NCBI RefSeq assembly: GCF_013177435.1
Contig: NZ_CP053627.1
Coordinates: forward strand, 960,001-992,000
Length of the DNA stretch: 32,000 bases
Direction: 5' to 3'
Source: Xylella taiwanensis
GTDB taxonomy: Bacteria; Pseudomonadota; Gammaproteobacteria; Xanthomonadales; Xanthomonadaceae
This document shows, in pieces, positions 27,393-32,000 of the stretch (its first letter is position 1; each line of letters opens with the position of its first letter). Both the position numbers and the translations under genes were made by a program. Under the pieces are notes generated by a model, which saw only the letters and a program-made list of their open reading frames with translations, did not search any database and had not been told where the DNA came from.

Positions 27393-28393
27393 GGGGTAAG
27401 GCTCCGTCCGGCGGCGTCTGTGTCGATTTCTGAATCTGAGTCAGTGTAGTGATCGGCTATAGACGTTGTCGTGATGGCGTTGTCTTCTTGTTGGTTTGGG
27501 GTTGTCACGTTGTTACCCGGTACGTCTTCGAGGGAGAAGGGGGAGGCGTTGTGGTTTTCAACGTTGGTTGTTACTAGGTCCGTTGCGATGTCTGGGGCTT
27601 CGGTATCCGCAGATGGTCGGTTGCTGGAGGTGCTATCGGTGGTAATGGTGGTCTCTATATTGGTATTCACATCTTGGGTTAATTGGGGAGAGATGTTCGG
27701 TGGGGGTGCTGTGGTGTCTGATACCGATGTGTTGTTTGTGTTGTTGTCGTTAGATTCTGCGGGAGTATCGTCCGTTTGAATCTGGCTCTGGGAGGTGTGT
27801 CGATTGTTGCTGTCTAGCGGCAATTGTGGCTCCAATTCGCCAATGTCTTTCAGATCTGCCAGTGGTGGTAGTTCGTCCAGCCGTTTAAGTCCGAAGTAAT
27901 CTAAAAATGCTTTGGTGGTACCGAACAATGCTGGCTTGCCAGGTGCGTCGCGGTGGCCGACAACGCGAATCCATTCGCGTTCTTCCAATGCATGAATGAT
28001 GTTGCTGTTGACCGCTACACCACGTACTTGCTCGATTTCGCCACGGGTGATTGGCTGGCGGTAGGCAATCAGGGCTAAGGTCTCAAGTGTGGCGCGAGAG
28101 TATTTGGTCTTGCGTTCTGTCCATAGCGGTGTGACCCAAGCATGCACGTCTGTCTTGAGTTGGAAACGGAAACCGGAGGCTACTTCCACGAGTTCCACGC
28201 TGCGTTCAGCACAGGCATTGTGTAGCAGTTCTAGGGCACGCTCGATGCTATCTGGCGGTACTGGTGTGTCGTCTGGGAATAAAGCGTGCAGTTGTGCCAG
28301 TGTGAGCGGTTGATTGCTGGCTAGCAATGCACCTTCGACGATGCGGGTGATCAACGTCAAATCCAGGTGGGTATCGGCTTCAGGGGGGGGCAT
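27389..28393 (-). CDS. scpB: Segregation and condensation protein B (SMC-ScpAB kleisin partner) with a long acidic C-terminal tail
   Basis: The ScpB core is IVEGALLASNQPLTL..GFRFQLK..LETLALIAYRQPITRGEIEQVRGV..LEEREWIRVVG. It is followed by about 145 residues rich in T/N/D/S/E. The start overlaps scpA by 14 nt. Confidence 0.88.
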   Translation of the reverse strand: MPPPEADTHLDLTLITRIVEGALLASNQPLTLAQLHALFPDDTPVPPDSIERALELLHNACAERSVELVEVASGFRFQLKTDVHAWVTPLWTERKTKYSRATLETLALIAYRQPITRGEIEQVRGVAVNSNIIHALEEREWIRVVGHRDAPGKPALFGTTKAFLDYFGLKRLDELPPLADLKDIGELEPQLPLDSNNRHTSQSQIQTDDTPAESNDNNTNNTSVSDTTAPPPNISPQLTQDVNTNIETTITTDSTSSNRPSADTEAPDIATDLVTTNVENHNASPFSLEDVPGNNVTTPNQQEDNAITTTSIADHYTDSDSEIDTDAAGRSLTP

Positions 28394-29291
28394 GGGTGGA
28401 ATGGCTGTTGTCGAACTCGCTGGAGAGCTGTAGCGGTCCGTTGGTGTGGTGATGGGCGGCCAGGGATTTCACGTAGATCGGGCCTAGCGGGGCTTCCTGG
28501 ACGATGTCCAACAGCTGTTCTTTAGCCAGTTCCAGGAGTGCCAGGAATGTCACCAGTACCCCAAGTTTGCCTTCTTCAGCGGTGAACAGTGCTGTGAAAT
28601 GGTGGAACTTACCGTCTTCCAGATGGGCCAGTATATCGCCCATGCGTTGGCGTACGCTCAGCGCTTCGCGCCGGATGGCGTGGCCGCTGAACAGTTCGGC
28701 ACGCTTGAGTACGTCGCGTAGTGCTAGCAGCAGTTCCTTCATGTTGACCGGGGGTGGTATCCGTACCGTGGTTTGGTCTGGAACAAAGGCATGTGCTGAG
28801 CTGCTGTCACGGTCCAGGCGGGGTAGAGCGTCCAGATCCTCGGCAGCTTGTTTGAAGCGTTCATATTCCTGCAAGCGACGTACCAATTCGGCACGCGGGT
28901 CCTCCCCTTCCTCGCTCTCGGCGTTGGGGGGACGTGGCAGAAGCATTCGTGATTTGATTTCGGCCAGGATGGCTGCCATGACCAGATACTCAGCGGCCAG
29001 CTCAAAGCGCAGTTCTTGCATCACGTTAATATAGTCAACGTATTGCCGGGTGATTTCGGCAACCGGAATGTCCAGGATATTTAGGTTCTGGCGGCGGATC
29101 AGATACAGTAGCAAGTCCAGTGGACCCTCGAATGCATCGAGAATGACTTCCAGTGCATCCGGGGGGATATACAGATCTTGAGGGATCTGCAGCACGGGCT
29201 GGCCATGTACCATTGCCAGCGGTATTTCCTGCTGTTGTGGTACTGGTGTCGGTGTTGGTGGATTCGCGGCTGGTGCGCGTTCTGAATTCAT
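28380..29291 (-). CDS. scpA: Segregation and condensation protein A (kleisin)
   Basis: 303 aa with the ScpA N-terminal signature FEGPLDLLLYLIRRQNLNILDIPVAEIT, plus EYLVMAA and the C-terminal winged helix VTFLALLELAK. Confidence 0.9.
   Translation of the reverse strand: MNSERAPAANPPTPTPVPQQQEIPLAMVHGQPVLQIPQDLYIPPDALEVILDAFEGPLDLLLYLIRRQNLNILDIPVAEITRQYVDYINVMQELRFELAAEYLVMAAILAEIKSRMLLPRPPNAESEEGEDPRAELVRRLQEYERFKQAAEDLDALPRLDRDSSSAHAFVPDQTTVRIPPPVNMKELLLALRDVLKRAELFSGHAIRREALSVRQRMGDILAHLEDGKFHHFTALFTAEEGKLGVLVTFLALLELAKEQLLDIVQEAPLGPIYVKSLAAHHHTNGPLQLSSEFDNSHSTHAPP
28383..28390 (-). repeat. C8 homopolymer (G8 on the plus strand) within the scpA/scpB overlap
   Basis: The minus strand reads ATG CCC CCC CCT GAA (scpB MPPPE). 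The same bases read ..CAT GCC CCC CCC TGA (scpA ..HAPP*). Confidence 0.95.
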
Positions 29292-29650
29292 CGGGTTGCT
29301 ATTGGATGTTGCAGTGGCCGGTTGCGGTTTCGATCCGGTTTATCATCATATGAGGTTTGTTGCGATCCTAGGCGGCACCGCTTGCAGCGCGCTGCTGAGA
29401 ATGCACAAACGATATATTTTCCCACCTGGAGGCAAAACAGGATTTCCTGGAATACTCCGCGCCAGCATCGCATAGCGCGTTGATCATTCGTAGGTGCCTT
29501 CTAATTCTTGGCGGGACTGGCAGAACCGCTGTCCGTGGCTGCGTATCATTGTTCCAAGAGTAATTCGCTTGCCGGTCCGGTGTCCAGCAGTGTTTGGAGC
29601 CGGAGCGTTGCAATGAATCGTCGGTTTGTTCGAAGTGCGAGGAGCATTGC

Positions 29651-29938
29651 ATGTGGTACGTGATCGGGGTTGAGGGCGGTACCGATGCTGCGAAGGCAGA
29701 GTGCCGTGTGAGGTTTGTAAATTTTCAGTGTTTGCAGGTGCTGCTTGAGCCCAAGTATTTGACGGTTGTTGGTCCGTCTCCTGCGGTCGATGTGGGCGAG
29801 TTGTGGTCAGCTGGGTTTAGTGGCAGTACGGTCATCGTCTGGTTTTCTTGGTTGTGGGAGGTCACTGCTTGTGCCGACACAGATCCTTGTGTCACGGTAG
29901 GAAGCCGAGTGTATCTGTGTGGTGAGGTGTGGCTGTGA
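29651..29938 (+). CDS. YciI-like protein, strongly diverged (possibly decaying)
   Basis: 95 aa counted from the ATG at 29651: MWYVIGVEGG..VVGPSPAVD..AGFSGSTVIVWFSW..ADTDPCVTVG.. It follows the YciI family pattern MxYVI...GP...GS.II.F.S...A..W...DPY..AG. Several conserved positions are replaced, including the RPAHL region (now RFVNF) and DPY (now DPC). It overlaps the bolA-like start by 10 nt. Confidence 0.5.
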   Translation: MWYVIGVEGGTDAAKAECRVRFVNFQCLQVLLEPKYLTVVGPSPAVDVGELWSAGFSGSTVIVWFSWLWEVTACADTDPCVTVGSRVYLCGEVWL

Positions 29939-30207
29939 ACCCGGTCGAACGGATTCAGATCGCCCTTCAAGATGCTTTTGCGCCGTCTCGGTTGGAGGTG
30001 AAAGACGAAAGCGATCGCCACATTGGTCATCCTGGTGCGCGTGATGGCCGTGGTCATTTCAGCGTTCTGATTGTCACGCCCATGTTCGCTGGAAAAACGC
30101 TGCTTGCTCGGCACCGTGCAGTTTATGCGGCGTTGGGCTCGATGATGAAGACAGATATCCACGCGCTTTCAATCGAAGCTCTGGTTGATGAAGGTGACGC
30201 ACATTGA
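29929..30207 (+). CDS. BolA family protein
   Basis: 92 aa with a GTG start. The sequence IQIALQDAFAPSRLEVKDESDRHIGHPGA..HFSVLIVTPMFAGKTLLARHRAVYAAL..DIHALSIEA fits the BolA signature. Confidence 0.8.
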   Translation: MAVNPVERIQIALQDAFAPSRLEVKDESDRHIGHPGARDGRGHFSVLIVTPMFAGKTLLARHRAVYAALGSMMKTDIHALSIEALVDEGDAH

Positions 30208-30804
30208 GCGAGTGGCGCTGGTGCTGTCCAAAGCGATTAGAGTGATTGTGGCGGTTTCAGTTTCAGGTTCAGGTTTTAGGAAAGGCAAGATGGCTATTTG
30301 CATGGGTTTTACTGTCATCTTCGAATCGATTGCAGCCATTCAATCGTATGTTGGTAAAACATTTGATAATCACCAGTAGGAAACTGACTGGTGCATAGCA
30401 TGCAATGCGTGAGGGTGTCGTTAAGTCGTTGATGTTACTTTTCTGGATTTTGTCTTGAAAAAATATGTCATTTCCTCGTTCGTTAACCTGCGTCTATGAG
30501 TTGACAACGTGCTGGAGAATATCTACCCACTCTGCAATATCGGTAATCCGGCTTTGTTTGCATGTACTTTGTCCATCTAACTTGGGAGTACCCACTGCCA
30601 AGGGGAGCGCTACCAAAGTGTCAGCATCCGTTGGCAGCCTCGCATTGTGAGGCACTTCGATAAGTACATCGTGCGTATTGTCAAGCTGTCGTTTGAGTTC
30701 GGCGTAAGGGTGATTGGGTGTGGTTGTTCCGTCCAAAAGGGGAAGACGGTTGCTACGGCTTCATTTTTTATGTGATATGTAAGCCTTACGTATTGGTGGA
30801 TTCA

Positions 30805-32000
30805 ATGAATCTGCAATTTACTTCACATTGGTTTGTTTTTCTGTTGCCAGTCGCTGGGTCGTTATTGACTTCGTGCAAACAGGAGTCCCCGTCGGCTAAG
30901 CCGCAGATCATCATGATTGAAGCTAAATTGCCGCCCCGTCCTCTCAAGCCTGATCTGCCACCGCTGTTTCTGGATATTGAGCGGCGTACCTTTCAGTTTT
31001 TTTGGGACACAACCAATGAGGTGAATGGCCTGACTCCGGATCGCTATCCGTCAAGGCCGTTTGCCAGTATCGCTTCTGTCGGTTTCGCTCTGACCGCATA
31101 CCCCATCGGGATCGAAAACGGCTGGATCAGCCGAAATCAAGCGATTGATCGTACCCTGACTACGCTGAAATTCTTACGCGATGCTCCGATGGGGCCGCAG
31201 CGTAGTGGCCGTGCTGGCTACAAGGGGTTCTTCTACCACTTCCTGGACATGCAACAGGGGCATCGCTACGACAGTTGGGTCGAGTTGTCCAGTGTGGATA
31301 CTGCATTGCTGATGATGGGAGTGTTGTTTGTCGAGTCTTATTACGATGGTGAAGATGTCCGTGAGAAGGAAATTCGTCAGATTGCCGACCGGCTATATAG
31401 GCGGGTTGATTGGCCGTATTTGCAACAGCGTAAGCCGCTGATTTCGATGGGTTGGTATCCTGAGCGTGGCTTCATCGAGCATGACTGGATGGGTTACAAC
31501 GAAGCAATGATGGTCTACTTGCTAGCGTTAGGTTCGCCGACCCATCCGTTAGAACCCGTCTCCTGGATTGAATGGACACGCACCTATAACAAGGATTGGG
31601 GGGTGTTTCAGGGGCAGGAGTATCTGGCTTTCGGCCCGTTGTTTGGACATCAGTACACTCATGTCTGGGTGGATTTTCGAGATATTCAAGACCAATACAT
31701 GCGTGAGCGCGGTATTGATTATTTCCTGAATAGCCGTCGTGCTGTGCTTGCTCACCGCGATTACGCAATCGATAACCCGATGAAGTGGAAGGATTATGGC
31801 GAAAACATTTGGGGCTTGACTGCCAGCGATGGGCCGCAAAACACCACCCAGGAATACCGCGGTGAACAGCGTCAGTTTTTCCACTACCGTAGCCGTGGTG
31901 CCGGCCTGTTTGAATTCTTTGACGACGGTACGATTGCGCCAACCGCTGTGGTGGCTTCGGTTGTGTTCGCTCCTGAAGTGGTGATCCCAGCCACGCTGGA
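30805..32000 (+). CDS. Lipoprotein of the glucoamylase-like family (PF10091-like; GH144 endo-beta-1,2-glucanase-like); the 3' end lies outside the window
   Basis: Not in the ORF track because it runs off the window. From ATG 30805 it reads MNLQFTSHWFVFLLPVAGSLLTSC (a lipobox), then FFWDTTNEVNGLTPDRYPS..ASIASVGFALTAYPIGIENGWISR..YKGFFYHFLDM..SSVDTALLMMG... It is open to nt 32000. The family assignment is from memory of Xanthomonas and Bacteroidetes homologues. Confidence 0.7.
   Translation, partial: MNLQFTSHWFVFLLPVAGSLLTSCKQESPSAKPQIIMIEAKLPPRPLKPDLPPLFLDIERRTFQFFWDTTNEVNGLTPDRYPSRPFASIASVGFALTAYPIGIENGWISRNQAIDRTLTTLKFLRDAPMGPQRSGRAGYKGFFYHFLDMQQGHRYDSWVELSSVDTALLMMGVLFVESYYDGEDVREKEIRQIADRLYRRVDWPYLQQRKPLISMGWYPERGFIEHDWMGYNEAMMVYLLALGSPTHPLEPVSWIEWTRTYNKDWGVFQGQEYLAFGPLFGHQYTHVWVDFRDIQDQYMRERGIDYFLNSRRAVLAHRDYAIDNPMKWKDYGENIWGLTASDGPQNTTQEYRGEQRQFFHYRSRGAGLFEFFDDGTIAPTAVVASVVFAPEVVIPATL

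Noticed and set aside
29594-29650. The TTG-initiated 114-aa version of the YciI-like ORF.
   Set aside because: Family similarity begins at the internal ATG at 29651 (MWYVI). The upstream 19 codons are Cys-rich with no match.
1-32000. I searched for CRISPR arrays, rRNA genes, a prophage, and defence or toxin-antitoxin modules.
   Set aside because: I saw no regularly spaced direct repeats, no rRNA-like sequence, and no integrase, terminase or capsid-like ORFs. I saw no nuclease, ATPase or reverse-transcriptase ORFs outside the housekeeping genes listed.

Overview
This looks like a core-chromosome window from a gamma-proteobacterium of the Xanthomonas/Xylella lineage. That placement is inferred from gene content and order: fabF-pabB-mltG-holB-pilZ, SMC-type scpA-scpB-rluB, divergent epmB/efp, and an mtaD-ubiG cluster. 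The moderate GC and heavy gene decay look Xylella-like, but I cannot verify that. I call about 27 intact-looking CDSs and one tRNA-Val(CAC). I saw no rRNA, CRISPR array, or recognisable defence, toxin or prophage module. The most striking content is a complete but dead System I cytochrome c maturation operon (ccmABCDEFGH, minus strand, about 17.9-22.9 kb). Every large ccm gene carries in-frame stops, frameshifts or deletions, while the thioredoxin-fold ccmG/dsbE and the tiny ccmD stay intact. Other signs of erosion are an IS5-family relic bounded by perfect 12-bp inverted repeats, a possible metW relic after metX, a drifted YciI-like ORF, and gene-free stretches after the tRNA. Smaller observations include a G10 tract inside a secreted-protein gene, a C8 tract in the scpA/scpB overlap, and long oppositely charged tails on ScpB and RluB. 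Two conserved functional gene pairings are also present. I found no convincing evidence for a new multi-gene system, and the findings are scored accordingly.
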